From a virus (taxonomy: Duplodnaviria > Heunggongvirae > Uroviricota > Caudoviricetes): 64,000 bases of DNA. Of the stretch, positions 46,635 to 57,948 are shown one piece after another. Where the stretch lies: the IMG/VR virus record IMGVR_UViG_3300017565_000017, positions 64,779 through 128,778 of that record; one strand, written 5' to 3'. How positions within the stretch are numbered: the stretch's first letter is position 1; each line of letters opens with the position of its first letter. The translations under genes were made by a program, and so were the position numbers. The notes under the pieces are model-generated. The model ran no database searches. It saw nothing but the letters and a program-made list of their open reading frames with translations, and was not told the DNA's origin.

Positions 46635-46982
46635 TTAAACTTTTTCCAGTTCCTTCTCGTTTCGTTCTTCCACAAGCAAAGACTCGTCACCTAGCGGCAC
46701 CAACCGAGAATCTGAGATCGGTCCCAGCGGAGTGTGCTTCCTAGTTGTCTTGTGCAGACTTGGGTACAGATGCTTGTAGACGAGCAATCCGGACTGAGCT
46801 TCAACCAGCCACAGGAACCCGTGGTTGCCAATCGGATACCCGAAATAGATGTTATGGGCAACGCGAGGCTTGTCACCCCAAGGCTCTATGACCCGTACTA
46901 TTTTGCCGCAATTATCCAAACTGCCATTGGCAGGATTCGGATATGCGATAAGCGCTAGATCACCGGGTTTGACGTTGCTCAT
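46635..46982 (-). CDS. Hypothetical protein
   Basis: 115 aa. Confidence 0.45.
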   Translation of the reverse strand: MSNVKPGDLALIAYPNPANGSLDNCGKIVRVIEPWGDKPRVAHNIYFGYPIGNHGFLWLVEAQSGLLVYKHLYPSLHKTTRKHTPLGPISDSRLVPLGDESLLVEERNEKELEKV

Positions 46983-47222
46983 GGTACATTCCAGTATTAC
47001 TTGTAGATCACGCCGTCAGTCGAATTCCGGCTTGATCGCCGAGAGGCACGCTGCGGGAAGCGTTGCGACGTTCATGCAATTTTCCTTATCCAGCCACTGA
47101 ATTTCAATGGTGTCGTCCGCTTCACAGACGTGGGTAACCGACAATTCAGGGGAGCCTGAATTCAGGTACACTACATCGCCGACTTTGATTCTCGTGATAT
47201 CGACCATACTTACTCCGTAAGG

Positions 47223-47311
47223 TGGTGCGCGGGAGGGGACTCGAACCCCTATGCCCTGTTGATGGCGGCAGGACCTAAACCTGCTGCGTCTACCGATTTC
47301 GCCACCCGCGC
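47223..47311 (-). tRNA. tRNA-Leu(TAG)
   Basis: Acceptor GCGCGGG/CCCGCGC, anticodon loop TTTAGGT, long variable arm, CCA encoded. Confidence 0.8.
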
Positions 47312-47315
47312 TCGT

Positions 47316-47693
47316 TTACTTCAGTGCCTTGTACATAGCCCGGAAGGCTCGCACAAGAGCATTCTTACTCTTGTTGTTCAAACAGCTATCCTTATGAATA
47401 GCATCAACGATAGCCTCTTCGCCATCTTGTCCCTGAACTGCCTTCTCATCCGGCCACGCGACGTAGCTCTCAATTCGAAGCCTAGCCCAGAAGGCGAGAA
47501 TAGCCAGTGTCGGGGCATCACACATATGGCGGCGCGAACTCGACATGATCTTAGTGATCGTGGGTCGCGCTACATGCGTCTGGTCCGACACAGCCTGAGC
47601 CGTTAGGTTACGACTCTTGACAACTTCCCGGAAATCGTTGGAGAACGACTCTAGGTCGAAATACGGGAAGTTATCCTTGCTGCTCATTTTGGA
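47316..47693 (-). CDS. XRE-family helix-turn-helix regulator
   Basis: NLTAQAVSDQTHVARPTITKIM is a typical HTH. Start likely at the internal MSSKDNF. Confidence 0.45.
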   Translation of the reverse strand, partial: SKMSSKDNFPYFDLESFSNDFREVVKSRNLTAQAVSDQTHVARPTITKIMSSSRRHMCDAPTLAILAFWARLRIESYVAWPDEKAVQGQDGEEAIVDAIHKDSCLNNKSKNALVRAFRAMYKALK

Positions 47694-47984
47694 TACGATC
47701 CAGAAACTCACCGATTTCAGTGATCTTGAGTCGTGCAAACTCAAGGCCGATACCAGTGTTGGTCAGGCTATGAACCGTGAACACGCTGTCCAACTGGCGG
47801 AACAGCACGTACAGAGCATCATCGCCTGTCCGGTTTTTGATGCGGGCGAAATCCGTGCCCCCGCTGTACGGAAGCACGAAATCCGCGCGTTCTTCCACGG
47901 AGGTAGGCAAAGTGTTTGCCGCCCAGACGATGTCCTGCTTACCGATGCGAACATAAAACGTCATAGACATTGCTCCTTAAATCT

Positions 47985-48061
47985 TGGTGCTGGTTGTCAG
48001 ACTCGAACTGACGACCTCCTGTTTACAAGACAGGTGCTGCTACCAACTGAGCTAAACCAGC
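47985..48061 (-). tRNA. tRNA-Thr(TGT)
   Basis: GCTGGTT..AACCAGC acceptor, D-arm GCTCAGTTGGTAGAGC, anticodon loop CTTGTAA. Confidence 0.85.
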
Positions 48062-49557
48062 ATTTCTTACTCTTCCGACTTCTCAATCTTCTTGATAAGG
48101 CGGTCAAAGCGTTTGCGCATTGCCCGCATTTCGCGACGTCGAGCATCGCGTTGACGCGGGAAGCAGCACGGGCATTTGAACCCTCCGCCACCGACCTTAG
48201 CGTTGACACAAAGAATGAAGAAGTTTTTGTTTCTGATCATGGTGAGGTCCTCTGTTAGATACCTAATTCATGATCATCTCCTTGTCCAATTAGTGTATAT
48301 TAACGGCTTGGATTGCGGTTAGCCCACCATCCAAACAATCCGCCCAATATAGCACCTAGCCATTGAGCAGCCTCTCGATACTCAATGGATAGGAGCCACG
48401 TGGCGAGTATCCCGAGTAGGATACTGCCACCCATAGCTGTGGGAAGAATCTTCTTAAGTAGATTCATCTTCAGGCTCTGCCTGAGGCCCGTGGAACCGAC
48501 GTAGTATGTACGCAAACACCGCCCCGTAGAACAGAGCCAAGGTTGCGTCCACCACGTACACCCTAGGTTGTGTCAAGACTCCATAATGGTGGAGCACTTG
48601 CCACAAAATCTCCATGGAGACAAACCCAAACAGAAGGCCGTATAGAATAGCGCGAAGTCGAGTCATAGGATTTTCTTGTAGGCGGGGACCATCACACACC
48701 CGACTGCCGTGCCGTACAGAGCGCCAAAAATAGCAGACGCTTTGTAGAACGCAATTCTGTAGAAGGGGTCCACGGGGCCAATGACGAAGGCCCACAGAAC
48801 CATACCGCACATGAAGACAGAGAAGAGAGCTCCGCCGATAGCCCACAAAGTGACTAGTGCGACCTTACGTGTCTGGAAGCGTTTCATCAGTTCAGCTCGT
48901 TAGCAGCCGGAGGCAGATACTCAAAGCGGAACGTGTCAGGCTTTTCCGCCGTCTCGTCCTCAGACCCCAGAGATACCTGCAAGTGGTTCTGTTTCAATAG
49001 GAGCTGGTACTTCGGGCTCTTCATGAAGTTGTAGAACGTTTGAATCGAGTCTTCCGTACCCCTATCCATTGTCATGCGCAGGTCCAGTACCTGACCCGGC
49101 TCTAGCGTCACTACGCGCTCCAGCACCCGGTCCATAATCATGGACACGAATTCTTCCGCAGAATCGGTGTCAACCGAATGGGACTCGGTGTTGCTTGCGG
49201 TGGTTTGAGGTACGTTCATTATGGATCCTTAGTGGATAATCGGCTGATCTTTGACAAAGAACCGCAGGGCATACTGTGAGCCCGGAATGTCCGAGGGTTC
49301 CGCCTCAACAAGTTCCACTGCCAAACCCGCCCCGTCAATGCGACTGAACGCAGGCTCTTCAGCACAGGCGTCCAAAGCACGTTGAGCGGTGGCACGCATG
49401 TCCGGGGACTCAGGATTTATGCGTAGGACAACGTCCATGGTCACGCCCGCCTCAAGCCCATCTTCCGGGAGTTCTTCCAGAACATGGTCAACAATAGCAG
49501 CTACTAGAGACGCAGCATCGTTAGTTTTGTGCCGAATAAACGCCATCACGGTGTCCT

Positions 49558-49631
49558 TGGAATCGGGTGCGGGAGTCGAACCCACCTACGAAGATTTGCA
49601 GTCAACTGCCTAACCCATCGGCCAACCCGAC
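49558..49631 (-). tRNA. tRNA-like; anticodon loop CTGCAAA (Cys-GCA?) with two mismatches in the anticodon stem
   Basis: Good acceptor and T-arm (GTGGG-TTCGACT-CCCGC). The anticodon stem GTTGA/TCTTC pairs poorly. Possibly a pseudo-tRNA. Confidence 0.4.
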
Positions 49632-50358
49632 TCAGAGTTTACTTGTCTTGAGGGCCACCGTAGTCACTGGCGTCCCACCCACCTTCTGCACTAGCTTGCT
49701 CCCGCGGATTGCTGTAATACGCCGCCGCGTTTGCCTGTTGCTGTTGCATTGGTACAGGCCCATTATAGTACATATCGGCGGCATTAGCAAATTTGTGCCC
49801 GCCTTCCTGGCGTGTGGAAAAGGTTTCGGTTTCTAGATCAAACTCGAACTCCTGTTGCTCACGTGCTTCCTGATGGCGACGTATTGCCTCAGGAGCCTGC
49901 CATGCCATAGCAACATTAGGAAGCTCCTTCATGTCGTTGTAGTACGCCACGACATACTTCCCTTGAGTAAGAAAGCGACCCTTGTCTTGCTGACAATCAG
50001 TCAGAACCGGCATCAGTCGGTAGCTATACTCGTACCCAGGTAGGCTCTGGTGCTCTTTGATAAAAGACACTCGAGAATCACTGTCCACCCATAGCGAACT
50101 TAGTTCACGCAGCACATCTTCAGAGACAAAGATAATAATCTTCTTAAAGGTTTGTCGCGACGTGTGGCGCATAATTTGGGAGTGGAACTCCTCAATGTCA
50201 ACCCAGTGATGGGCGGTGCGCTCGGAACCGTCGTCCAGAAGATGCAGGATAGGATTTTGAATATCCATGTGAGCCTCATTCGTATCTTGAACAGACAAAA
50301 AGAAACCCGCACTAGGCGGGTTTAAAAGATGCAAGTACAATGACTTACACCACGGAAG

Positions 50359-50435
50359 TGGTCGGCGGGACAGGATTCGAACCTGCGACCCTCTGCTCCC
50401 AAAGCAGACGCGCTACCGGACTGCGCTACCCGCCG
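50359..50435 (-). tRNA. tRNA-Pro(TGG)
   Basis: CGGCGGG acceptor, anticodon loop TTTGGGA. Confidence 0.85.
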
Positions 50436-50754
50436 ATGATAACTATTTAAGGTCTGGACGTGGGAAGAATTTAAAGCCCCCTTCCTGAACCTTCTTTTCG
50501 ATCATAACCATGTCCAGGGGACTGACTTTATAAACTGAGTAGTGCGTGATCACGAGGTTGTTTTCTCGATCCAGCGCACATACGGGCGACGTATACACCA
50601 TATACCCGTCACGAAACTTCTTTCGGATATCGTTGGTGATTGCACCGTAGACTAGGAAGTAATACTTAGGGACACCCTTCCGCTCCGCAGACATTACGGA
50701 GGCTACGTCCAACTCAGCTGTGATTTCCATGCTCATCCTATGAAAACCTTTAGG

Positions 50755-50827
50755 GGTGACCGGTCGGGCTTGAACCGACAACCCTCGGGGCCACATCCCG
50801 ATGCTCTGCCAATTGAGCTACGGCCAC
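50755..50827 (-). tRNA. tRNA-His(GTG)
   Basis: Anticodon loop ATGTGGC, D-arm GCTCAATTGGCAGAGC. CCA not encoded. Confidence 0.75.
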
Positions 50828-51274
50828 ACCTAAAGATTTTCACACTGCCTCCGGATAGTTAGAGCCCGAACCTAGGACGCTGTCCAGGAATGCAGTTTCC
50901 TGGTTAACGGCGTCCGGCTCTTCCGATATTACCCCGCCATCCACTGCCTCTATGCTACAGATACGAAACGTTAGGGTGGAGGTCGGAATGTACTCAAAAC
51001 TTACGTTCTTAGACCAACTATCCAAAGCTTGGCGGACAGTTCTCATGGCTTCGCGTGCATCCACTTCCAAGCGCTTAAGTTCAATCGCTTTAAGCATGCG
51101 GATCAAGCGGTTGCGGGCCACGCGCTTTTCGTAGGCTTCGACGGTGTCAACCTCTACGCCCTGCTTCTTGAGCAAGACTTGGCCCAGAACGCCCAGCAAC
51201 TGTCGCCGGATGATGGGCTCTGCTTCATGAGGTAGCATGTAAATCTTGGACATGAAGGCCATTGGGGTAATCCT

Positions 51275-51350
51275 TGGTGGACGGGGTTGGATTCGAACCA
51301 ACGACGCCCAGCTCTTCAGGCTGGCGCTCTACCGACTGAGCTACCCATCC
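51275..51350 (-). tRNA. tRNA-Phe(GAA)
   Basis: Anticodon loop CTGAAGA, CCA encoded. Confidence 0.85.
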
Positions 51351-51378
51351 AGGGTATGTTTATTTACGGTATGCCCTA

Positions 51379-51912
51379 TTATACCGCATTAAGGGCCGCT
51401 ACGGGGCCAAATTGCGCCGCCAGTAGGGCCGCTAACCGGGCTTGCGCTTGTGGGCAACCTAGGCCAGTAGTGCTATCCACTAGGCACAGATGATCTTCCA
51501 AACCATCCCATCCAAGATTGTCATCGTCTACCGCAACCCATCGACTAAGCCGTCGGACCGACACATCACGACGAACCTGATCCCCGCGATACGTATAATC
51601 CCACTCACTAGCAGGGAAATACTCTCGGTGGAATACGCCGCCAACAACTCGACGGTGTAGGTCCGGGATTAAGTAAGACCGAGCCGTGTCAAAGCCCATC
51701 ACACGCACCCAAGACGTAGATAGCACAATGGGGAGATCCGGATACGGGGCCAGAAGTCGCGCTAGTATAGGTGCATACTCAAACAGTATGTGACCGTCCC
51801 TTTGCATCTTAGGCATCCGTTTACCAGTCTGCCAATCCCGTGTCAGATAGACCTCATCTGAGTGCATGGGGCCATCGTAGTCTAGATACAGAGCTTGGGT
51901 TATTTGCTTCAT
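51379..51912 (-). CDS. Hypothetical protein with HAD-like DxDG N-terminal motif
   Basis: LYLDYDGPMH near the N-terminus. 177 aa. Confidence 0.35.
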   Translation of the reverse strand: MKQITQALYLDYDGPMHSDEVYLTRDWQTGKRMPKMQRDGHILFEYAPILARLLAPYPDLPIVLSTSWVRVMGFDTARSYLIPDLHRRVVGGVFHREYFPASEWDYTYRGDQVRRDVSVRRLSRWVAVDDDNLGWDGLEDHLCLVDSTTGLGCPQAQARLAALLAAQFGPVAALNAV

Positions 51913-51915
51913 GGT

Positions 51916-52884
51916 CTATGCCGGAATAGGTCTCTTCCAAATTACACCGCCAGTGATACCCTGAGTGGAAGCTACCCAGATCTCATTAGTCGTGGTATTG
52001 ATATCAAAGCTCGAAATCGTTCGATTGTCTGGAAGGATGCCTGGAACTACTTGCAGCGTCTCTAATGTAGTCCCCACAACGAGGTTCCGGCGGTCATAGG
52101 ATAGTCCGTACAACTTTCCTTCATAAGGTCGGATACTGATAGCCGGAGTTCCAAGCGTAACCGGCGTGTATGTGCCGGACCCCGGAACTGTTGTGTACGC
52201 ATCCGTCGTATTTGACGACACTGAGAACACTATCTCGGTTGTAGTATAGCTGACAACAGGGCGTACCGTTGATGACGGTAGAAGACCTCCCTGCCACGAA
52301 ACACCGTCTGCAGACGTCAAGGCGTAGTAGTCCGGTAATAAACTTCCGACTATCACGAATGTCCCCAGCACGAACTCGATGGGGCGTACAAATGTTGTGT
52401 TCGCTGGAGCTGGAGTGGAGACAGTACGCTGGACCCAGGTTCCGGCAGTCCCGCTAGTTGACGAATACACTTGAGCGGCAATACCGTTACCGATAGTCGC
52501 CGTCGCGAAGTATGTTCCGTTGAAAGCTACGCCAGTCCCTAAGGAGTTAGAGAATGGATCCGGGGTGATTGTTTGGAAGGCACTCGAGGTGTCGTTCACA
52601 CGACGCCGAATACGCAATCCACTGGATCCGGTAGCCACAACAAAACCAGAGCTCACCGCGTACTGGTCAAATCCGTTAGGGAACGAAGGGCTGAACGGCG
52701 TAAAGGTAACACCGTTATCTCTGGACTCTTGAAGAAGAGAGCTTGCTCCAATCGCCCCTGTAATCATCCGGACTACGCCGTCGATGATTGTCAACTGACC
52801 AGCCCCACCCGTCATCGACGTAGTGGACGCTAAGGGTGTCCAGGGGTTTGAGTTGACGGTGCTTGCCACAATACCGATAATCAT
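51916..52884 (-). CDS. Ser/Thr/Gly-rich beta-type protein (structural or receptor-binding-like)
   Basis: 322 aa, repetitive T/S/G composition. Confidence 0.4.
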   Translation of the reverse strand: MIIGIVASTVNSNPWTPLASTTSMTGGAGQLTIIDGVVRMITGAIGASSLLQESRDNGVTFTPFSPSFPNGFDQYAVSSGFVVATGSSGLRIRRRVNDTSSAFQTITPDPFSNSLGTGVAFNGTYFATATIGNGIAAQVYSSTSGTAGTWVQRTVSTPAPANTTFVRPIEFVLGTFVIVGSLLPDYYALTSADGVSWQGGLLPSSTVRPVVSYTTTEIVFSVSSNTTDAYTTVPGSGTYTPVTLGTPAISIRPYEGKLYGLSYDRRNLVVGTTLETLQVVPGILPDNRTISSFDINTTTNEIWVASTQGITGGVIWKRPIPA

Positions 52885-52927
52885 TTGATGCTCCTCACCA
52901 ATCCACGAGTCTGTATCAAATAAAATT

Positions 52928-53014
52928 CCCGGTTTATGGCAGGCGGGGATGGGATCGAACCATCGTCTGGGAATGACCCAGGTTTTGCCACGGCCCTCTG
53001 TCGGACCTCTAAAC
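52928..53014 (-). tRNA. Degenerate tRNA-like element (canonical T-arm and 3' acceptor strand, no matching 5' strand)
   Basis: 3' part GATGG-TTCGATC-CCATC-CCCGCCT-G-CCA is canonical. The 5' region GGTGCGG.. cannot pair with it. Likely a pseudogene or atypical RNA. Confidence 0.25.
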
Positions 53015-53144
53015 TACCGCACCTATAACTATCAGCCCTTATTGTCGGGCTTTTTCAGTGGAGCTCCACAGTGTGGGCAGTTCTTGTATCGCCACGTCGT
53101 GTAATTGCTGCATTTCGGGCAGACCATTGGAACTCCAGATAAAA

Positions 53145-53232
53145 TGGTGGATCAACTAGGATTCGAACCTAGACTCCCCGAAGGGAAACGGGGTTACAGC
53201 CCGCCGCCAGTGCCAATTCCGACATTTGATCC
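53145..53232 (-). tRNA. tRNA-Tyr(GTA)
   Basis: Anticodon loop CTGTAAC, long variable arm, acceptor GGATCAA/TTGATCC, CCA encoded. Confidence 0.8.
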
Positions 53233-53327
53233 AGAATGGCGGCTTACCCGCCAGCACTACACGCACTTCATGGTCTGGATTGATTACCGGACTCCGGTGC
53301 CTCGCATTCACTTGCTGAAAAACTCTT

Positions 53328-53404
53328 TGGCTGGCTAGGCTGGTCTCGAACCAGCGACCCCGTGATTAACAGTCACGTGCTACTACCAACTGAGCTACTA
53401 GCCA
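53328..53404 (-). tRNA. tRNA-Asn(GTT)
   Basis: Anticodon loop CTGTTAA. One D-stem mismatch. Confidence 0.75.
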
Positions 53405-53516
53405 CCGAAGAGTTCTTACTTCGTTACCGGCGTAGGGGCCGGGACTTTCTTACGTGCTTCTTCTGCATAGTCTTCATAAGCCTGATCGCTGTTTCCACTC
53501 ATGAACTTCTCCTAGG

Positions 53517-53591
53517 TGGCAGCGCGTGATGGACTTGAACCACCGACCTCCAGGAGCAGTTCCTGGTGCTCTATCGCTGAGCTAACGCGCT
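53517..53591 (-). tRNA. tRNA-Gln(CTG), atypical A33
   Basis: Anticodon stem CCAGG/CCTGG, loop AACTGCT. Position 33 is A instead of U. Otherwise canonical. Confidence 0.6.
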
Positions 53592-53600
53592 ATTGAAACT

Positions 53601-54185
53601 TTACTTCTTTGTGATACGACCCCGGCGAAATCCCTCAGGGATCTCACCAGAGACTTTGCGGTTCGTAACCCCATCCGTAACCCAGGAGGTTCCGTACTGT
53701 GAATTACGCTCCCCTGTGTATGAGGAGTTCATCTTAGCACGCTTTTCGATGTGGCTCCTAACTGCATCATCTTTGCGTTTCTTAAACGCTTTCTCCATGC
53801 GCGTGTTAATTATCTTAACACGGTCTTCTGGCTCTATGTTATCCCAGTATTCACGGGTAGCCTTCATACCAGCACGTCTGCTCCTATCTTTACCTTCCAC
53901 AGACGTTTTCATTTCCCGAACATTATCCAATTGCAGAATAAATCGACAATTGTCTAAAGCGTAGGGTCCAGAATCCCCGTGTCGAGCTAGGACATAGCCC
54001 TTTCCAGAGAAACCCAGATCGGAAGATTTCAGCCCGGCTCTCCGGACTAGCTCCTGCCAGTCTTCGTAGGAAAGCAGAAATGGGATATCCCGAGTTCTCG
54101 CATTGTATATCTTCTGGTAAAATCTGGCATACAGATAACCATCATCGTCTAACTCAGACTCATATGGTGGCTTCTTGTACTTCAT
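53601..54185 (-). CDS. Homing-endonuclease-like protein (paralog of 58356-58889)
   Basis: YEDWQELVRRAGLKSSDLGFSGKGYVLARHGDSGPYALDNCRF and C-terminal ERNSQYGTSWVTDGVTNRKV..IPEGF are shared with the 58.4-kb ORF. Both sit between tRNA genes. Confidence 0.4.
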   Translation of the reverse strand: MKYKKPPYESELDDDGYLYARFYQKIYNARTRDIPFLLSYEDWQELVRRAGLKSSDLGFSGKGYVLARHGDSGPYALDNCRFILQLDNVREMKTSVEGKDRSRRAGMKATREYWDNIEPEDRVKIINTRMEKAFKKRKDDAVRSHIEKRAKMNSSYTGERNSQYGTSWVTDGVTNRKVSGEIPEGFRRGRITKK

Positions 54186-54201
54186 AGCTTATACCAGACG
54201 G

Positions 54202-54277
54202 TGGTAGGGGAGGAAGGGATCGAACCTTCGTAATGCTGGAATCAAAATCCAGTGCCTTACCACTTGGCTACTCCCCA
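54202..54277 (-). tRNA. tRNA-Gln(TTG)
   Basis: Anticodon loop TTTTGAT. T1-T72 mismatch at the top of the acceptor stem. Confidence 0.7.
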
Positions 54278-54822
54278 ACAAACTTAACTAACTATGTAAA
54301 CATTATAGCCCTAACAATTGGTTTGTGCAAGGACTATTTTGTAACTTCAGGCCGTTTTGTCAGCCTGTTCACGAGCCTTACGCTCACGCAGGGCTGCGTC
54401 GTAACGATTTTCAGGCAGCGCTTCAAGCTCGTCGTCCCAAAGCCCCCGTTCTTTCAGCATCTTGGCAACCGGAGCCTGAGGCTTTTCCTTTCGGAACTTG
54501 CAGGCCCATATGGCGGGACCACATCCGTTATCCTTATGCCACTCCAGAAACAAAGGTTTGATCTGATCTTCAGCCAAGGCTTCCCCATCAGCGCATCCCC
54601 ACGCGAACACGTCGTTACACGCTACGAACAGCATAGTGCCGTTCTCGTGGGAAGCCTCGTACTGCGTACCCTTGTTGATAGTGACGGATGCCTCGCGGAC
54701 CCACACAACCTCATTGGCTAGTAGGACCGCCAGCATGTTCTCGTTCGACGTGTACTCACGCTCTTCTCCATCGAGGGAACTCTTGTAGGTTCCAACCATG
54801 TCGTCCAGTTCGTAATCGATTT

Positions 54823-55233
54823 TCATCGTAGTTTCAGGTGCTGTGTAAGTTGTTTAACGACTTCAGGATCTCCAGGTCCGACGGCAACTGCCGTGAACGT
54901 AGGCACGCCCTTGAACTCGGTTTTCCCGCCATCCTGGATAATGGAACACGGAACTTCCGCGAGCCACGCCCGATTGTACAAATCCTTCAATTCAGCTTCT
55001 GACTCGATGCCGACGGCAACTTTGGTGAATCGACCATCGAGCCACATCCGATAGAACGGATTCCAGCGGAACTTCAAGCCGACCAACTGAGAAGCGTGGG
55101 CTCCTTGGGCAATTTCCTTGCCCCGACGCATTTTCAGGTCCGTGCGCAACACGATCACCTGTTTGAGTTGCCCATCATAGCGACGCATAACGCGGCGCAA
55201 GAGGCACATTGGAAGGAAACTGCGGAGGTCCAT
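54823..55233 (-). CDS. pth2: Peptidyl-tRNA hydrolase, PTH2 family
   Basis: KQVIVLRTDLKMRRGKEIAQGAHAS...CSIIQDGGKTEFKGVPTFTAVAVGPGDPEVVKQLTQHLKL closely matches the PTH2 signature (VVRTDLKMGKGKIAAQCSHA...IQDAGRTQI..G..TVL.IGPG). Confidence 0.7.
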   Translation of the reverse strand: MDLRSFLPMCLLRRVMRRYDGQLKQVIVLRTDLKMRRGKEIAQGAHASQLVGLKFRWNPFYRMWLDGRFTKVAVGIESEAELKDLYNRAWLAEVPCSIIQDGGKTEFKGVPTFTAVAVGPGDPEVVKQLTQHLKLR

Positions 55234-55472
55234 TTTCTACTCGAATATATACTCAGGCCACGGATACCCTGGATCGTCTACACAGTTTCGAACTGTTCGA
55301 TTAGCTGCCAGGGCAACAGCTTCAAATTCGACACCACATAGACAATTATCAGGCCCGTGCTCGCTTATTGCAGAATGCTCTATGCCCAGAGCTTCTGCAA
55401 GATCACCTACTGTTTCCAGTAAATCACTATTACCGACTCGGACAAGAGTACACATAGAAGATCCCAAGAAAG

Positions 55473-55548
55473 TGGCGAGGTGTAGGGGATTCGAACCCCT
55501 GACATGCGGATGGACAATCCGCTGCTCTACCAACTGAGCTAACACCCC
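55473..55548 (-). tRNA. tRNA-Asp(GTC)
   Basis: Anticodon loop TTGTCCA, CCA encoded. Confidence 0.85.
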
Positions 55549-55872
55549 TACGTAATAGGGCCAGAGTTGCCCCTGGCCCCGTACTCATAGTCTGGGTCTC
55601 GTTTCCCTGGCTTGTGACCAGACCTGCACGTACAGGTGAGTGATGCTTTTGGTTCAACTGTGCGAGCCTGAACCTCACCAGCTATTACATCAGATGGCAC
55701 CGGAGTTAACCCGAGGCCGGGCAAGGAATCGTGTGAAGAGGCAAATGATAAAAAAGGCTTACGCACGACACTCCGCACCACCAGTCGAAGTTATTAGGCA
55801 CTATCGACTAGCCCTGTCCGAAAGACGCTCTCGCGCTCTCAACGTAGGACTGCATGGGAGCAGACCAACACT

Positions 55873-55949
55873 TGGCCTCTAGGGCAGGACTCGAACCTGC
55901 AACCGACGGCTTCGTAAACCGTAGCTCTATCCAATTGAGCTACCCAGAG
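55873..55949 (-). tRNA. tRNA-Arg(ACG)
   Basis: Anticodon loop TTACGAA, CCA encoded. Confidence 0.85.
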
Positions 55950-55956
55950 TGAACCT

Positions 55957-56033
55957 TGGTGTCTCGGACGGGATTCGAACCCGTGTTACCGCAGTGAAAG
56001 TGCGGGTTCCTAGGCCATCTAGAAGACCGAGAC
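55957..56033 (-). tRNA. tRNA-Glu(TTC)
   Basis: Anticodon stem CCGCA/TGCGG, loop CTTTCAC. Confidence 0.8.
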
Positions 56034-56043
56034 ACGAAAAACT

Positions 56044-56119
<76 letters not shown>

Positions 56120-56590
56120 AAAACTACTCTTAGCGGAACGTGCTGGGTCGTTACCAGCTTCTGGGTTTTCCTTTTCGAAGGGTCTACGTTCATGCGATAA
56201 GAAGCTGATGCACCAACTTAATACCACATCCCAGCCAAACTCTCGATGCTTCTTGGGGCGGTTCTAACACCGCTGACGCTCCGCTAAGAGCAGCACTTAG
56301 GTGAAACGCACTCGTTAGAATGTGCTTCCCTAAGAGGTCTTGAGTCAAACCGCCAAGTAAAACTCAAGACATTAGGTCTGGCTTTAACCAGAGGAGGCCC
56401 GCTTTCCTAGGGCGTCCCCTAGTACTCAGCCTGTAATTCCAGGCCAGCTTTGCTCTTACTCCGTGTGCAAAGAACGAGGGAGATTGCGTTACCCCGCTAG
56501 AGGTAGGCGGTCCCATTAGGAGCGGGGTCGGGTTTTACTCCGACCAAGAGTCCGGGCATACGAAGCCGCAACCCTTTCGGGTCCGGTAGA

Positions 56591-56785
56591 CTACATCCTA
56601 CTGCCTACGAGGCGGGCGGCAAGAGCCGAAATGTAGACCCGGTTTTCCAGGTTACAGTGACCGCACGTCGCGGCCCACATCGGAGGGCTAGTATTCAGGT
56701 CACGAAACTCGTGAGCCTCACCTTCATTAGTAGCACCGCAATGCTTACACTTGAACTGAAGAGGAGGGGCCGACACAACTCGCAT
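56591..56785 (-). CDS. Zinc-ribbon small protein
   Basis: CKHCG...CGHC motifs. The start is inside the track ORF because its 5' end would overlap tRNA-Ile. Confidence 0.4.
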   Translation of the reverse strand: MRVVSAPPLQFKCKHCGATNEGEAHEFRDLNTSPPMWAATCGHCNLENRVYISALAARLVGSRM

Positions 56786-56797
56786 GACTTTCCTTTC

Positions 56798-56873
56798 TGG
56801 TAGTACCTGCTGGACTCGAACCAGCGACCGCCCGCTTATCAAGCGGGTGCTCTACCAACTGAGCTAAGGCACT
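56798..56873 (-). tRNA. tRNA-Ile(GAT)
   Basis: Anticodon loop TTGATAA. Confidence 0.85.
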
Positions 56874-57758
56874 GCTAACTATGTAAACAGTATAACGCCA
56901 CGTTAACTAAAATGCAAGCGCTATTTTGTAACCGCCTGGATTATTCTGTGGCTTCACGATCCCAACGGTTGTTCTTCAACGTGCGAAGAATGTGAGCTGC
57001 TCGCGGATTAGATGTCCGCAGCTTACGATACACGTTAATCGTGATCACCGAAGCAATATCCATATGACGATCGCTGCGGTGCGTATACGGACCCTGCACG
57101 GTAGGTATGCACACGCGGCGGCACCGAGGACGCATGTTCACCACACGGAACGGCATCTTGGAAGAGCGTGTTATTCTCATGAGCTGTGTGTGATAGAACC
57201 CAGCTTTGCGGTTGCCTTCCCGGTCCGTGAAGAACACGGCGGATTCGGGTACGCGCATTATACGGGGCGGCATGGCATAGCGGGCTATGTACATAAAACG
57301 GCCTGTAAAGGGGTTAGGTAAGCCCCATTATAGCGTACTGTACTGGCCCCGCAAACCCCTACGGCTTAAAGTCCCCAGACTCATCGAAGTACGGGATACG
57401 ACCTTCGGCGCGGGCCTTAGCTGTCAATTCCGCAAAACGAATCCTAGTTGGAGCTCGCGGTATAATGCTCTGCTTCTTTCCATGCCCAGGCACTGGCTGG
57501 CCGTTTGCGTAGGGAGCATTCTCTATCCAGAACACTTTACCGCCGAATTCGGCCTCTGCCTTACTCACGTAAGTGTCCGACACGCCTTTCAGGGGGTTAT
57601 GCGGATAGAGTTCGTAGCCCTCTTCCATACGATCCCACAACCACTTGTCTAGCACCTTGTCTCTTTTATAGATAGGCGTCCAAGACGATGGGGTCATCAG
57701 GGCTTTCAGCCAGTAGCGCAAGCGTGTCTTTGTCATACGGCGTGTCATTAAGTTAGAG

Positions 57759-57833
57759 TGGTGGAAGCAGAGGGGATCGAACCCCCGACCCGCTGCGTGT
57801 AAGGCAGCCGCTCTACCGCTGAGCTATGCTTCC
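57759..57833 (-). tRNA. tRNA-Val(TAC)
   Basis: Anticodon loop CTTACAC. Confidence 0.85.
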
Positions 57834-57872
57834 AGGTACTAACTATTAACGCTTTGGACTACATTTAAAAAC

Positions 57873-57948
57873 TGGCGGGCAAGGAAAGACTCGAACTTTC
57901 AACTTCTGGTTTTGGAGACCAGCGTTCTGCCAATTGAACTACTCACCC
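57873..57948 (-). tRNA. tRNA-Trp(CCA)
   Basis: Anticodon loop CTCCAAA. Confidence 0.85.

Noticed and set aside
46487-46744. Plus-strand 85-aa ORF
   Set aside because: It is the antisense translation of tRNA-Leu(TAA) and flanking sequence.
56120-56590. RNase P RNA or tmRNA in the ORF-free region
   Set aside because: Short similarities (GAGTCCGGGC, CCCGGACTCTTGGTCGGAG) occur in the wrong order and orientation. A full-length RNase P RNA would overlap tRNA-Ile. There is no tRNA-like T-arm/acceptor at either end for a tmRNA.
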